DNA of 63,944 nucleotides, filler included, from 4 parts of 4 records of this genome joined end to end with filler, not necessarily neighbours in it; one strand, 5' to 3'. Numbered from the whole stretch's first letter, positions 13,695 to 24,365 are shown. The notes: a model not told the origin generated them from the sequence alone. Numbers and translations: made by a program.

Positions 13695-14429
13695 ATGAAC
13701 AACAAGCACGATGCTAATGTACGAAAAAGTACATTGGTAAACTTTCAGTTAGGCTTAATTGTAGCCTTAGTAACCACCGTTTTGGTGATGGAGATTAAAT
13801 CTGCGGTACCAGTTGTAAAGCCCGATGATGTGGCTGTGGACAACTCAGAAGTAGAAACTTATTTTAATCCAGAATTTGTCATTGTTAAAGACAAAGTAGA
13901 GAAAAAACAGCCTCTTAAAAAAGTTCAAAAGATTATAGACGTTATAGATGTTATCGATGACGATACTCCAACAGAGCTCTTTGAGGATACAGAACTTACC
14001 ACAGAACCAGATATCACAGAAATTGAACCTGGAGATTTGGTTGAAAAAACAGAAGACCCAGAAATTGCTCCAGTACCATTTGTTAAAGTGGAGTTTGTAC
14101 CTATTTTTCCTGGTTGTGAAGGTTTAACTACCAATGCAGAACGTAGAGCATGTATGTCTAGTAAGATAAATACAATTGTACAACGTAAATTTGATGGTGA
14201 TCTAGCTTCAGATCTTGGCTTAAGTGGACAGCAAAGAATTTATGTGAGATTTAAAATAGACAAAACAGGTAATGTTGTAGATATTCAAGGTCGCTCTACG
14301 CATCCTAAGTTAACTAAAGAAGGAGAACGTATGGCTGGCTTAATACCTAAGATGAAACCAGGACAACAAAGTAACAAGCCGGTAGAAGTTATTTTTGATC
14401 TTCCAATTGTATTTAATGTAAAAGACTAG
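13695..14429 (+). CDS. Energy transducer TonB (second paralogue)
   Basis: Similar C-terminal domain (VPIFPGCEG...PGQQSNKPV). ATG 13695 is preferred over the track's TTG 13620, which lies inside the terminator. Confidence 0.85.
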   Translation: MNNKHDANVRKSTLVNFQLGLIVALVTTVLVMEIKSAVPVVKPDDVAVDNSEVETYFNPEFVIVKDKVEKKQPLKKVQKIIDVIDVIDDDTPTELFEDTELTTEPDITEIEPGDLVEKTEDPEIAPVPFVKVEFVPIFPGCEGLTTNAERRACMSSKINTIVQRKFDGDLASDLGLSGQQRIYVRFKIDKTGNVVDIQGRSTHPKLTKEGERMAGLIPKMKPGQQSNKPVEVIFDLPIVFNVKD

Positions 14430-14448
14430 CCATCAACTGTCTTTATTT

Positions 14449-14488
14449 AAAAGCCTTTTCGACTACTAATTCGAAGAGGCTTTTTTTT
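14449..14488 (+). terminator. Rho-independent terminator
   Basis: AAAAGCCTTTTCGA...TCGAAGAGGC followed by a T8 run. Confidence 0.75.
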
Positions 14489-14548
14489 ATAGGTCACCTA
14501 AATGAGGTATCTTCATCACCTGAAAAACCTGAAGTTTTTTTAAGCGCT

Positions 14549-16642
14549 ATGAAGACCTTTTACACCTTATTTTTATTGCTTCCTTTTTTAGTCTGTGCTC
14601 AAACAGCAACAACTTCTTCAGAACGCTATCCTGTTTTTAATGAATGTGAAACTGTTGCACTGTCTAATCTTGAGAATTGTTTTGATGCTACTTTAAAATC
14701 ATTTATCTATTCCAATTTTCAAATACCTGATGGTATTGAAACTAAAGATTTAAAAACAGATGTAACAGTGATTTTTGAAGTGGATACAGAAGGAATCTTT
14801 AATGTAATATATACAGAAGCAGTGTATGAAGAGTTACAAGAGGCAACCTTAGCTGTTTTTGAGAAATTACCAAAAATACAACCTGCAAGTTATAATAGTA
14901 GAGCTATAGATATGCAATTTCGTATGCCTATAAAACTACCATTGTCAAGAATGTTAAACCCGACAATAAACGAAATAGATGATCCTGTAAAAGCGATTAC
15001 AACTGTGTCACCAAACACTATTAAAAATGAGTATGATGATGTAGAGGTGCGTCCGTTTAAAAATAGACAAGCGTCTAGCCAAATAAACATTCCTTTATCA
15101 CATGAAGTTTATTCTCGTTTTGATGATGACATGAACCAAGTTGGCACCAATAATCATACAGCTTCTAAGCCTTTATTATATAAAGAAGTACAACGCTATT
15201 ATGATTTTGAGAAAGAAAATAAAAAATTACATTATGATAAATCTTCTTGGTTTGGCAGGAAGTTTTTTAATGAACATTTAATTAGGCTTCAAGGAAAAGA
15301 TTATTGGTTTACGTTAGATGTTGCTGCAGATTTACAGTTGGGAAGAGATTTAGATAGAGATTTAACTACTTATAACAATACAAGAGCTGCAGTTTTTCAA
15401 GGAGGTCTAGGAAAGAACTTAAATTTCCACACTGTATTATATGAAAGTCAAGGCCGCTTTGCTGGATATTATAATGATTTTGCAAGGAGTTTAAAGCCAG
15501 ATGGAGGTAACCCAGCTATCATACCAGGAAGAGGTATTGCAAAAGAGTTTGGAGAAGACGCATTTGACTATCCTATTGCTACAGGATACTTGTCGTATTC
15601 ACCGTCAAAATTTTTTAATGTGCAGTTTGGGCACGGCAAAAATTTTATAGGTGATGGTTATAGGTCATTATTATTAAGTGATAATGCAAGCCCTTATCCC
15701 TACTTTAAATTAAATACTACATTTTGGAAATTAAAGTATACAAATACTTGGATGTCTCTGCGCGATGTAAGACCAGCTGTAACTGCAGATGGTTCTTTCA
15801 GAACAAAGTATATGGCTAACCATTACTTAAGTATAAATGTGTCTAAACGCTTAAATATCGGCTTGTTTGAAAATGTAATTTGGGAAAATGATAATGACAG
15901 AGGTTTTGATCTTAATTACTTAAATCCAGTGATATTTTATCGAGCAATTGAGTTTTCAACTGGTTCTCGTGGTGGTAATGCAATAATTGGTTTAACAGGA
16001 AAATACAAATGGAGTGACAGCTTTAATACTTATGCGCAATTATTAATAGATGAGTTTTCTAGCGGAGATATTACAGGTGGTGAGGGCAGTTATAAAAATA
16101 AAATAGGTTACCAATTAGGTATAAAATATTTTAATGCATTCAATGTCCCAAATTTAATTGTTCAAGCAGAATATAATCAAGTAAGACCTTATACGTATTC
16201 TCACAATAGCATTACTCTTAATTATGGGCACAACAACCAAAGCCAGGCACATTTATGGGGTGCAAATTTTAGAGAATATATAGGGATTTTACGCTATAAG
16301 CATAAGCGCTATTATGGTCTAGGAAAACTTATTTATGGTGAACGAGGTTTTGATTTTAAGGATGGTGTTGTTTATGGCGGTAATATATTTACAAGTGAAG
16401 ATGATAGGCCTGCAGATAATGGAAATAATTTGTTGCAAGGTAATAAGGCAACTAGCTTTTATGGCGAGTTAGAATTAGGCTACATTATAAATCCTGCCAC
16501 TAATTTTAAAGTATACGCTACTGCAATTTATAGAGATTTCTCTGTAGATGAAGATGTGAGCGATGTTATACAAGCACAAAATACTGTATGGTTAAACTTT
16601 GGTGTTAGGACAGACTTGTTTAATTGGTATTACGATTATTAA
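14549..16642 (+). CDS. remB: Gliding motility protein RemB-like outer-membrane protein
   Basis: Signal peptide, N-terminal TonB-C-like domain, FIGDGYRSLLLSD, YLNPVIFYRAIE, aromatic C-terminus FNWYYDY; typical position after tonB. Confidence 0.8.
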   Translation: MKTFYTLFLLLPFLVCAQTATTSSERYPVFNECETVALSNLENCFDATLKSFIYSNFQIPDGIETKDLKTDVTVIFEVDTEGIFNVIYTEAVYEELQEATLAVFEKLPKIQPASYNSRAIDMQFRMPIKLPLSRMLNPTINEIDDPVKAITTVSPNTIKNEYDDVEVRPFKNRQASSQINIPLSHEVYSRFDDDMNQVGTNNHTASKPLLYKEVQRYYDFEKENKKLHYDKSSWFGRKFFNEHLIRLQGKDYWFTLDVAADLQLGRDLDRDLTTYNNTRAAVFQGGLGKNLNFHTVLYESQGRFAGYYNDFARSLKPDGGNPAIIPGRGIAKEFGEDAFDYPIATGYLSYSPSKFFNVQFGHGKNFIGDGYRSLLLSDNASPYPYFKLNTTFWKLKYTNTWMSLRDVRPAVTADGSFRTKYMANHYLSINVSKRLNIGLFENVIWENDNDRGFDLNYLNPVIFYRAIEFSTGSRGGNAIIGLTGKYKWSDSFNTYAQLLIDEFSSGDITGGEGSYKNKIGYQLGIKYFNAFNVPNLIVQAEYNQVRPYTYSHNSITLNYGHNNQSQAHLWGANFREYIGILRYKHKRYYGLGKLIYGERGFDFKDGVVYGGNIFTSEDDRPADNGNNLLQGNKATSFYGELELGYIINPATNFKVYATAIYRDFSVDEDVSDVIQAQNTVWLNFGVRTDLFNWYYDY

Positions 16643-16646
16643 TTAA

Positions 16647-17530
16647 CTAGTTTTTTTCAGAAGTTAAACTAAGGTAAATGGTTCTTCTCCATTTTTCTGG
16701 CGATATAAAAGCACCTTCTGTGTAAAATTTCCCATCAAGATCTTCAGTTAAAGCTCTGTTTTGTGTAACATCTTCCTGAGTAGCGCCACGGTTAATTTCA
16801 TTTTCAATGCGGGAAATACAAGTGTTGTACATAGCTAATGTTTTTTCTAAATCTGTTTTTGTAGCGCGTTTTCCATGTCCTGGAATAATTTGCGTTTCAG
16901 CATTAATAAGCATCAACATGTGTTCTATCGCCTTTTTGGCACCGATAACACTTCCTCCAGAATCTAAATCTATATAAGGATATCTGCTATTAAAGAATAC
17001 ATCTCCGGTGTGTAATACATTTTCTTCAACAAAATAAATAATTGCATCGCCATCTGTATGTGCTGTTTCAGGATGAAAGATTAAGACTTGTGTAGTGTCG
17101 AAATATAAATTTAACTCGGTTGAAAAGGTTAAAATTGGTAAGGCTTTTTTAGATGATTTAGTCTTGTCTTCAATACTTTTTAATAAATGGACTCTTGCAT
17201 TTTTGTGAGCAAAAACAGAAGCGCCTTTATTTACTATATTTTCATTGCCGCCAGTGTGATCGCCGTGATGATGTGTGTTAAGGAGTATTTTAATTGGTTT
17301 GGGGCTAATGGTTTTTATTTCCGCAAGAATTTGGGGAGTTAATTTACCAAATTGAGAATCAATCATCAATAAAGCATCTGAATCTTCAAACAATCCTATG
17401 TTACCACCTTGTCCGGTAATCATATAAACATGATTAGATAGTTTTTCTGAATTTATAGATACCTTTTGGGAATGCAAAATAAAGGTGAGCTTAGAAAAAT
17501 TAATGCCAGTGTGTGGGTTAAGACTTTCAT
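16647..17530 (-). CDS. MBL-fold metallo-hydrolase (cyclase-like), signal peptide out of frame by 1 nt
   Basis: THHHGDHTGGN, AHTDGD, TGD and IPGHG motifs. ATG 17530 encodes MKVLTHTLALIFLSSPL.. 53 nt upstream of the main frame that begins at 17477. Confidence 0.8.
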
Positions 17531-17679
17531 AATTACAATTGTTTGTGAGGTAGGTCGTAAAAAGATTAAGATACTTAATAATTTAAAACTTGCTCTAATA
17601 GATTTTTAATATTGAAATACAATACTTTATATTATAAATTTTATAGGCTGTTCATCGTGGCAAAACATCTATAATGCAG

Positions 17680-17687
17680 TATCTTTG
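17680..17687 (+). promoter_or_regulatory. Bacteroidota -7 promoter element upstream of cyoE
   Basis: TATCTTTG. Confidence 0.55.
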
Positions 17688-17711
17688 CACCCCAATTGAA
17701 AAACTTATTTC

Positions 17712-18269
17712 TTGGCTGAAACAGTGCTACATAATACGACAACTTCTTGGAGTTCTGACTTTAAGGAAATCACTAAAATGAGATTAGCAATTAGCGTGGT
17801 CTTTTCTTCAGTAGCTGGTTATTTTTTAGGCGCCACCGTTTTAGACTTTGTAGATGTTCTGCTTCTTGCAATTGGTGGCTACTTAATGGTTGGAGCATCA
17901 AATGCCTATAATCAAGTTATAGAAAAAGATCTTGACGCGTTAATGGACCGCACTAAAAACAGGCCATTGCCAGCAAAGCGAATGAGCGTGCAAATGGCTT
18001 TGTTTATAGCTACGGCTTTTGCAATAAGCGGTGTTGCGGTGTTATATTATATAAATCCTAAAACTGCAATGTTTGGTGCATTGTCTATCTTATTATATGT
18101 ATTGGTATACACACCTCTAAAAACAAAAACACCTTTAGCCGTATTTGTAGGAGCTTTTCCAGGAGCAATACCATTTATGCTGGGTTGGGTTGCCGCTACT
18201 AACGAATTTGGAATAGAACCAGGTACATTATTTATGATACAGTTCTTTTGGCAATTCCCACATTTTTGG
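17712..18269 (+). CDS. cyoE: Protoheme IX farnesyltransferase (partial, cut by contig end)
   Basis: NQVIEKDLDALMDRTKNRPLP, YTPLK, GAFPGAIP, WQFPHFW. Confidence 0.93.
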
Positions 18270-18369
18270 NNNNNNNNNNNNNNNNNNNNNNNNNNNNNNN
18301 NNNNNNNNNNNNNTTAATTAATTAANNNNNNNNNNNNNNNNNNNNNNNNNNNNNNNNNNNNNNNNNNNN
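18270..18369. other. Artificial contig linker
   Basis: N44-TTAATTAATTAA-N44 (stops in all six frames); genes truncated on both sides. Confidence 0.98.
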
Positions 18370-18404
18370 GAATACACCGAGATGGTATACCATTGTTTTC
18401 CCAT
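18370..18404 (-). CDS. ilvN: Acetolactate synthase small subunit, 5' end only
   Basis: ATG at 18404 reads MGKQWYTISVY(S), resembling the flavobacterial IlvN N-terminus; lies downstream of ilvB. Confidence 0.7.
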
Positions 18405-18411
18405 GCTGTTC

Positions 18412-18990
18412 TTATTTTTTTACTGCGACTATAAGTCCTGTGGACCAGTCCATCTTTGTTATTGTAATGTCTTTTCTTTTTTCAATTGATTTGATCAATT
18501 GGTTTGCCTTTTGTTCATGTCCTTCCGGCCAATTGGGCTGTTTTTTCATATCGTCGATTACATAGTAACCGCCCTTTTTCAACAATCCCAAGGTTCTGTC
18601 CAAATGACTGTACTTTCCCGGCCACGCATCTGCAAAAATCAAATCGAAAGTATCGCCATTGTATTCCTCCAACCATTTCCCTCCATCATCACACACAAGC
18701 TCCAATCTGTCTTCGTCTTCAAAAAACAATTTTGCCACTTCGATGAGCGAAGCATCATTGTCTACACTTATGATTTTTGAATCCTCGTCCATTCCCTGAA
18801 TCAACCAAGACAATGATAGTCCGATTCCTGTACCCAATTCCAAAAACTTACCTGATGGTTTTGATGCCACCAATGTTTTCAATAAAGTGCCAATATAAAT
18901 ATCGGAAGGCATGGTAAATCCCATCTCCTTGCTCTTCTCAAGCAAATCTTGATATTGCTTGGGTTTTTCTGTGATAGTGGATTGATCCAT
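18412..18990 (-). CDS. Class I SAM-dependent O-methyltransferase
   Basis: FLELGTGIGLS, FDLIFADAWPGKY, GGYYVIDD. Confidence 0.88.
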   Translation of the reverse strand: MDQSTITEKPKQYQDLLEKSKEMGFTMPSDIYIGTLLKTLVASKPSGKFLELGTGIGLSLSWLIQGMDEDSKIISVDNDASLIEVAKLFFEDEDRLELVCDDGGKWLEEYNGDTFDLIFADAWPGKYSHLDRTLGLLKKGGYYVIDDMKKQPNWPEGHEQKANQLIKSIEKRKDITITKMDWSTGLIVAVKK

Positions 18991-20724
18991 TTACTTCAAC
19001 CTGATATCTGAAACGGATGCCCCTGATGGAATCATTGGGAATACATTATCCTCTTTTTCCACCTTAACTTCCAAAAAGTATGGGTCCTTGGAGGCCATCA
19101 TTTCTTTTACCGCCTCTTGAAGGTCGCCACGTTCGGACACTCTTCTTGATTTGATATGATACCCCTCAGCGATTTTTACAAAATCCGGGTTGGTCATTAC
19201 CGTAGAAGCATAGCGTTTGTCGAAGAACAATTCTTGCCATTGTCGCACCATTCCCAAGTGATCGTTGTTCAACACCACGATTTTGACGGGCACATTGTGC
19301 TGGAAAATAACACCGAGTTCCTGAATGGTCATTTGATAACCGCCGTCACCGATAATAGCGACCACTTCGCGATCCATTGCACCCATTTTGGCACCAATGG
19401 CCGCTGGAAGTCCAAATCCCATGGTTCCTAGGCCTCCAGAGGTTATATTGCTCTTGGATTGCTTGAATTTGGCATAGCGACAAGCAATCATTTGGTGTTG
19501 TCCCACATCGGAAACAATCACGGCTTCATGGCCAGAAGCCATATTGATTTGCTCGATTACTTCGCCCATCGTCAACCCTTCCTTGGTCGGATGAATATCG
19601 TTGTTGATCAAGGTGTCATATTCAATTTGATACATTTTATCAAATTCGGCTTTCCATTCTTTATGCTCATTTTTATTGACCAAAGGCAATATCTGGCTTA
19701 AAGTTTCCTTGGAATTGCCCAAAACAGCCACATCCACTTTCACGTTTTTGTTGACCTCTGCTGGATCTATCTCAAAATGAATGATCTTCGCCTGCTTCGC
19801 GTAGGTATTCAAATCTCCGGTCACACGATCATCGAAACGCATTCCGATGGCGATGAGCAAATCACACTCGTTGGTCAACATATTGGGACCGTAATTTCCG
19901 TGCATGCCCACCATACCCACATTCAACGGATGGTCGGTATCCATGGCAGAAAGACCTAGAATGGTCCAAGCTGCGGGGATTCCGGTTTTTTCAACAAGGG
20001 CTTTGAGTTCGGCTTCTGCTTCGCCCAAAATCACCCCTTGACCAAATACAATAAATGGCTTTTTGGCACTATTGATCAATTCGGCCGCTTTTTCAAGACT
20101 ACTAGGCTCCGGTTTGGGAGCTGGTTTATAGCTTCTTACCGCTGTACATTTTTCATATACAAAATCAAGCTCATCAAACTGGGCATTTTTGGTAATGTCC
20201 ACCAATACAGGCCCCGGTCTTCCTGAGCGGGCAATGTAAAATGCCTTCGCCATAATCTCTGGAATCTCTTCCACCCTGGTAATCTGATAGTTCCACTTGG
20301 TTACTGGCGTGGAAATGCCCACGATATCCGTTTCTTGGAACGCATCGGAACCCAAAAGGCTTCTGGTCACCTGGCCCGTGATACAAACCATGGGGGTGCT
20401 ATCTATCTGCGCATCGGCAATTCCAGTGACCAAATTGGTCGCACCAGGGCCTGAAGTTGCCATAGCGACCCCTACTCTGCCGGTAACCCTTGCATAGCCT
20501 TGGGCGGCGTGCGTGGCACCTTGCTCGTGACGCGTCAAAATATGCGTCAATTTATCTTGAAACTTGTAAAGTTCATCGTAGACGGGCATAATGGCACCGC
20601 CTGGGTAACCGTATATCAAATCGACCCCTTCCGCGAGCAAACAATGGATAATGGCTTCTGCACCAGAAATCCTGATTGATTTTTGACTTTTACTATCTTT
20701 TTTTTGTGCTTTTAATGTCTCCAT
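18991..20724 (-). CDS. ilvB: Acetolactate synthase large subunit
   Basis: GYPGGA, RHEQGA, TSGPGATN, ThDP motif GDGGYQM...NN, GMVRQWQ. Confidence 0.96.
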   Translation of the reverse strand: METLKAQKKDSKSQKSIRISGAEAIIHCLLAEGVDLIYGYPGGAIMPVYDELYKFQDKLTHILTRHEQGATHAAQGYARVTGRVGVAMATSGPGATNLVTGIADAQIDSTPMVCITGQVTRSLLGSDAFQETDIVGISTPVTKWNYQITRVEEIPEIMAKAFYIARSGRPGPVLVDITKNAQFDELDFVYEKCTAVRSYKPAPKPEPSSLEKAAELINSAKKPFIVFGQGVILGEAEAELKALVEKTGIPAAWTILGLSAMDTDHPLNVGMVGMHGNYGPNMLTNECDLLIAIGMRFDDRVTGDLNTYAKQAKIIHFEIDPAEVNKNVKVDVAVLGNSKETLSQILPLVNKNEHKEWKAEFDKMYQIEYDTLINNDIHPTKEGLTMGEVIEQINMASGHEAVIVSDVGQHQMIACRYAKFKQSKSNITSGGLGTMGFGLPAAIGAKMGAMDREVVAIIGDGGYQMTIQELGVIFQHNVPVKIVVLNNDHLGMVRQWQELFFDKRYASTVMTNPDFVKIAEGYHIKSRRVSERGDLQEAVKEMMASKDPYFLEVKVEKEDNVFPMIPSGASVSDIRLK

Positions 20725-20760
20725 AAGCCTGTATTTAGGGAGATACCCCTATCATAATTG

Positions 20761-22437
20761 TTAAAACAAATCGGTAACACAGCCTTTTGCTGCAGATGAT
20801 ACCGTTTTGGCGTATTTGTACAAGCTTCCCGACTTTATTTTAAGTTCAGGTTGCTTCCATTCTTTTCTTCGTTGTTCGAACTCTTCGTCCGAAATATTAA
20901 TATTGATGGTATTGTTTACCGCATCAATGGTGATTTCATCGCCATTTTTTACCAAGGCGATGCCCCCACCTACTTGTGCTTCGGGGGAAACGTGACCCAC
21001 AACAAATCCGTGGGAACCACCGGAGAACCTTCCATCGGTAATCAGGGCCACATCCTTTCCAAGGCCTGCGCCCATAATGGCGGAGGTAGGCTTCAACATT
21101 TCGGGCATTCCCGGAGCTCCTTTTGGCCCCTCGTAACGGATGACCACCACATCCCCTTTTTGGACCTTGCCTGTGTGGATGCCTTCGTTCACCGCTGTTT
21201 CGCTGTCAAAAACACGGGCAGTTCCTGTGAATTCCAGTCCTTCTTTCCCTGTGATTTTGGCCACGGCACCTTCGGAAGCTAGGTTTCCATATAATATACG
21301 AATATGTCCCGTCTCCTTAATAGGTTGCTCCTTTTTTCTTATGATATCCTGCCCTTCTTGTAAATCCGGTGCATCCAATAGGTTTTCCGCCAAGGTTTTT
21401 CCAGTGACCGTCATACAATCACCGTGAAGCATACCTTCCTTCAACATATATTTCAATACCGCAGGAACCCCTCCCACCTTGTGTAGGTCTTCCATCAAAT
21501 ATTTTCCACTTGGTTTTAAATCGGCCAACAATGGCGTCGACTCACTGATTCTTGTGATGTCCTCCAAGGTAAAGTCCACTTCAGCAGCGTGCGCAATGGC
21601 CATAAAGTGAAGCACCGCATTGGTAGAGCCACCAAGCACGGTCACCAACCTAAAGGCATTTTCCAATGCTTTTTTGGTAACAATGTCTCTTGGTTTAATA
21701 TCTTCTTTCAATAAATGATACAGTGCCGCTCCCGATGCTTCACAATCTGCTTGTTTTTTATCGTTAACCGCCGGAATGGACGAGTTGAACGGCATGGACA
21801 TTCCCATGGCCTCAATGGCAGATGCCATAGTGTTTGCAGTGTACATACCCCCGCAGGCGCCGGCTCCCGGACACGCTTTGTGAATGACTTCCTTATATTC
21901 TTTTTCATCTATCGCTCCAGCAACTTTTTGTCCGTAAGCCTCAAAAGCGGAGATGATATCGAGTTTTTTATTGTTATGGCAACCTGGCGCAATGGTTCCG
22001 CCATATACCAAAATGGACGGACGGTTCAATCGCAGTTGCGCCATTAGGGCACCGGGCATATTTTTATCGCATCCTACCACAGTGACCAACCCATCGTAGC
22101 TCATCGCTTGGATCACGGTTTCAATGGAATCTGCAATAATATCCCTTGAAGGCAAGGAATATCGCATTCCTGGTGTTCCGTTGGAGATTCCATCGCTGAC
22201 CCCAATGGTGTTGAAAATAAGGCCGACCAAATTGGAAGACTCCACTCCTTTTTTCACTTCGAGGGCCAAATCATTTAAGTGCATGTTGCAGGGGTTTCCC
22301 TCGTAGCCCGTACTCGCTATTCCGATTAGGGGTTTTTGTAAATCTTCGTCTGTGAGCCCAATCGCGTGCAACATGGCCTGGGCGGCAGGCAGCGTGGGGT
22401 CCTGTGTTACTTTTTTGCTAAACTTGTTCAATTCCAT
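20761..22437 (-). CDS. ilvD: Dihydroxy-acid dehydratase
   Basis: [37 protein letters not shown]. Confidence 0.96.
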   Translation of the reverse strand: MELNKFSKKVTQDPTLPAAQAMLHAIGLTDEDLQKPLIGIASTGYEGNPCNMHLNDLALEVKKGVESSNLVGLIFNTIGVSDGISNGTPGMRYSLPSRDIIADSIETVIQAMSYDGLVTVVGCDKNMPGALMAQLRLNRPSILVYGGTIAPGCHNNKKLDIISAFEAYGQKVAGAIDEKEYKEVIHKACPGAGACGGMYTANTMASAIEAMGMSMPFNSSIPAVNDKKQADCEASGAALYHLLKEDIKPRDIVTKKALENAFRLVTVLGGSTNAVLHFMAIAHAAEVDFTLEDITRISESTPLLADLKPSGKYLMEDLHKVGGVPAVLKYMLKEGMLHGDCMTVTGKTLAENLLDAPDLQEGQDIIRKKEQPIKETGHIRILYGNLASEGAVAKITGKEGLEFTGTARVFDSETAVNEGIHTGKVQKGDVVVIRYEGPKGAPGMPEMLKPTSAIMGAGLGKDVALITDGRFSGGSHGFVVGHVSPEAQVGGGIALVKNGDEITIDAVNNTININISDEEFEQRRKEWKQPELKIKSGSLYKYAKTVSSAAKGCVTDLF

Positions 22438-22486
22438 TATCAAATTTCATTCAAATACAGTATTCTTCTGAATTTATACCGTAATT

Positions 22487-22494
22487 CAAAGATA
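22487..22494 (-). promoter_or_regulatory. Candidate -7 promoter element just upstream of ilvD, downstream of the attenuator
   Basis: Minus strand TATCTTTG about 50 nt before the ATG. Confidence 0.45.
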
Positions 22495-22628
22495 TATGTT
22501 TAAAATACCCTAGATTTTTAACAGTTGTTCGCTGTTTAAATCCACTGGAAACATAATAAACATAATTTACTGTATTTCAGTTTTTTAGATTGATTAAAAT
22601 TCCAATATTCAATTAATTTTATTGTAAT

Positions 22629-22665
22629 AAAAAAGGCCTGTATCGTGTGGGATACAGGCCTTTTT
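22629..22665 (-). terminator. Attenuator terminator of the ilv operon
   Basis: Perfect stem AAAAAGGCCTGTATC / GATACAGGCCTTTTT with a 6-nt loop and a U-run on the minus strand. Confidence 0.85.
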
Positions 22666-22685
22666 AAGTCAATTGCAAGTCCGTA

Positions 22686-22742
22686 TCACTCCATTTCTGG
22701 AATAATCACGACCTCGACAATGACTTGTTTATTTCTTTTCAT
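22686..22742 (-). CDS. ilv leader peptide (18 aa)
   Basis: MKRNKQVIVEVVIIPEME*; 7 Val/Ile codons within 8 positions, directly before the terminator and ilvD. Confidence 0.85.
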   Translation of the reverse strand: MKRNKQVIVEVVIIPEME

Positions 22743-22798
22743 ATTGTAATGGTACGAAAAATATTATGAATTTAGAATCAAGAATTAGAATATGTTTC

Positions 22799-23638
22799 TC
22801 AAACCAGTTTAAACTTCAACTCATCCCCATACTTTTTCTGGGCCAATATAGATATGGATTCCTCGCTCAATTGAAGTATACGGGGATACCCTCCTGTGGT
22901 CTGGCCATCCTTCATTAAAATGATCATTCGGCCTGCTGGTGTCAATTGTATAGTTCCCGGCAAGGTTCCAGAGGTCAGCATGGAATGGGAATGTCCGGTA
23001 ATCAATTCGGAGAGCTGATAGGCCATTCGGTTGTTTTCTTTGGAAACGGTATACGGTTTGGCAAAAATCTCTGTAAGCTGGCCATCGGATAAAAGAGAAA
23101 ACTCAGGCCCTTTATAGACCTTTAAAATATTATTTTCGAAATGTTCTTCAATTTTCACCTCTGAGATTTTTGGTTCATAGTTCTTGGTTTCGCTGTATGG
23201 CACCTCATCACCATCTTTAAGTCGTGCCGATTTTGTAACAGGATAAAACTGTGAGCGACTATCGAGCACCTTTTTGGTCTGAAAACCGCCCTTTATAGCG
23301 ATATATCCTCTAAAACCTAATTCCAATCGGCCGTAGGACAAAATATCTCCCTTTCCAATTTTGATGACTGAGTAATTATCTATCGGCTCATTGTTCAAAG
23401 TGGCCACAATATGGGCTCCGGACAAACTTATATATGTGTCCGTATCAAATTGGAGGGTTGGCCCGGTCATGGTTATTTCAAGAACCGCATCATTTTCATC
23501 ATTTTCCAATAGCAGATTGGCTTTCTTTACCGATTCCACATCCATGGCTCCTGCAATCGGCACTCCAATATCTCTGTGACCGTACCTTCCTAAATCCTGA
23601 ACGGTCGTATAAAGTCCGGGTTTTAAAACTTTAAGCAT
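22799..23638 (-). CDS. pxpC: 5-oxoprolinase subunit C
   Basis: TTVQDLGRYG, GAMD, NRMAYQL, DGQTTGGYP. Confidence 0.88.
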   Translation of the reverse strand: MLKVLKPGLYTTVQDLGRYGHRDIGVPIAGAMDVESVKKANLLLENDENDAVLEITMTGPTLQFDTDTYISLSGAHIVATLNNEPIDNYSVIKIGKGDILSYGRLELGFRGYIAIKGGFQTKKVLDSRSQFYPVTKSARLKDGDEVPYSETKNYEPKISEVKIEEHFENNILKVYKGPEFSLLSDGQLTEIFAKPYTVSKENNRMAYQLSELITGHSHSMLTSGTLPGTIQLTPAGRMIILMKDGQTTGGYPRILQLSEESISILAQKKYGDELKFKLV

Positions 23639-24365
23639 TCAGTACAACTTTTTCGGGTTCGTAAATACCTACTTCGCCTTCAATCTTATGGAGTTTATAC
23701 TCTGCTTTGGAGATGCGCTCAAACTGTATCTTATCCCCTACTTTTACAAAACAAGGGTCGTCCTTCATCGGGTTGAATAAATCAACGGGGCAATTCCCGA
23801 TAATGTTCCATCCCCCGGGAGAATCCTGCGGATAAATGCCGGTTTGCTTACTGGCCAAGCCTACGGAACCTTTCTGCACTTTTAATCGTGGTTCTGCCCT
23901 GCGTGGAATTTCCAAAGTTGATGGAAGTCCGCCCAAGTACATAAATCCGGGCAAAAACCCGATGCCGTACACCACATATTGGTGCGATGTGTGCTGCTCA
24001 ATAAGTTCTTTGACCGATAAACCTAATGTTTTGGAGGCCTCTTCAATGTCCATTCCGAATTCGAGGTCATAGCACACGGGTAATGTCCATAAATGTTGTA
24101 TGCGCTCTGTTTTGGATTTGGCCTGCTTTTCGTGGCACTCCAGAATCATGTTTTTGGTCTCCTCAAAATCAATATGGTCTTGGTTATAGACCATGGTCAA
24201 GGAATTATAGGCCACGGACATTTCCCAATCTGGAATTTCCAGTTCTTTGAAAGCATCCATAAAATCGAGGATGTCCGCTAAAATGGATTCACTCACCTTT
24301 TCGGGCCATTCTACTAAAACGGCTCGTTCTCCGAAAGGCTTAATGCTAATGGGGTAACTTTTCAT
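23631..24365 (-). CDS. pxpB: 5-oxoprolinase subunit B
   Basis: LPVCY, GFLPGFMYLG, QTGIYPQDSPGGWNIIG. Confidence 0.92.
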   Translation of the reverse strand: MKSYPISIKPFGERAVLVEWPEKVSESILADILDFMDAFKELEIPDWEMSVAYNSLTMVYNQDHIDFEETKNMILECHEKQAKSKTERIQHLWTLPVCYDLEFGMDIEEASKTLGLSVKELIEQHTSHQYVVYGIGFLPGFMYLGGLPSTLEIPRRAEPRLKVQKGSVGLASKQTGIYPQDSPGGWNIIGNCPVDLFNPMKDDPCFVKVGDKIQFERISKAEYKLHKIEGEVGIYEPEKVVLNA

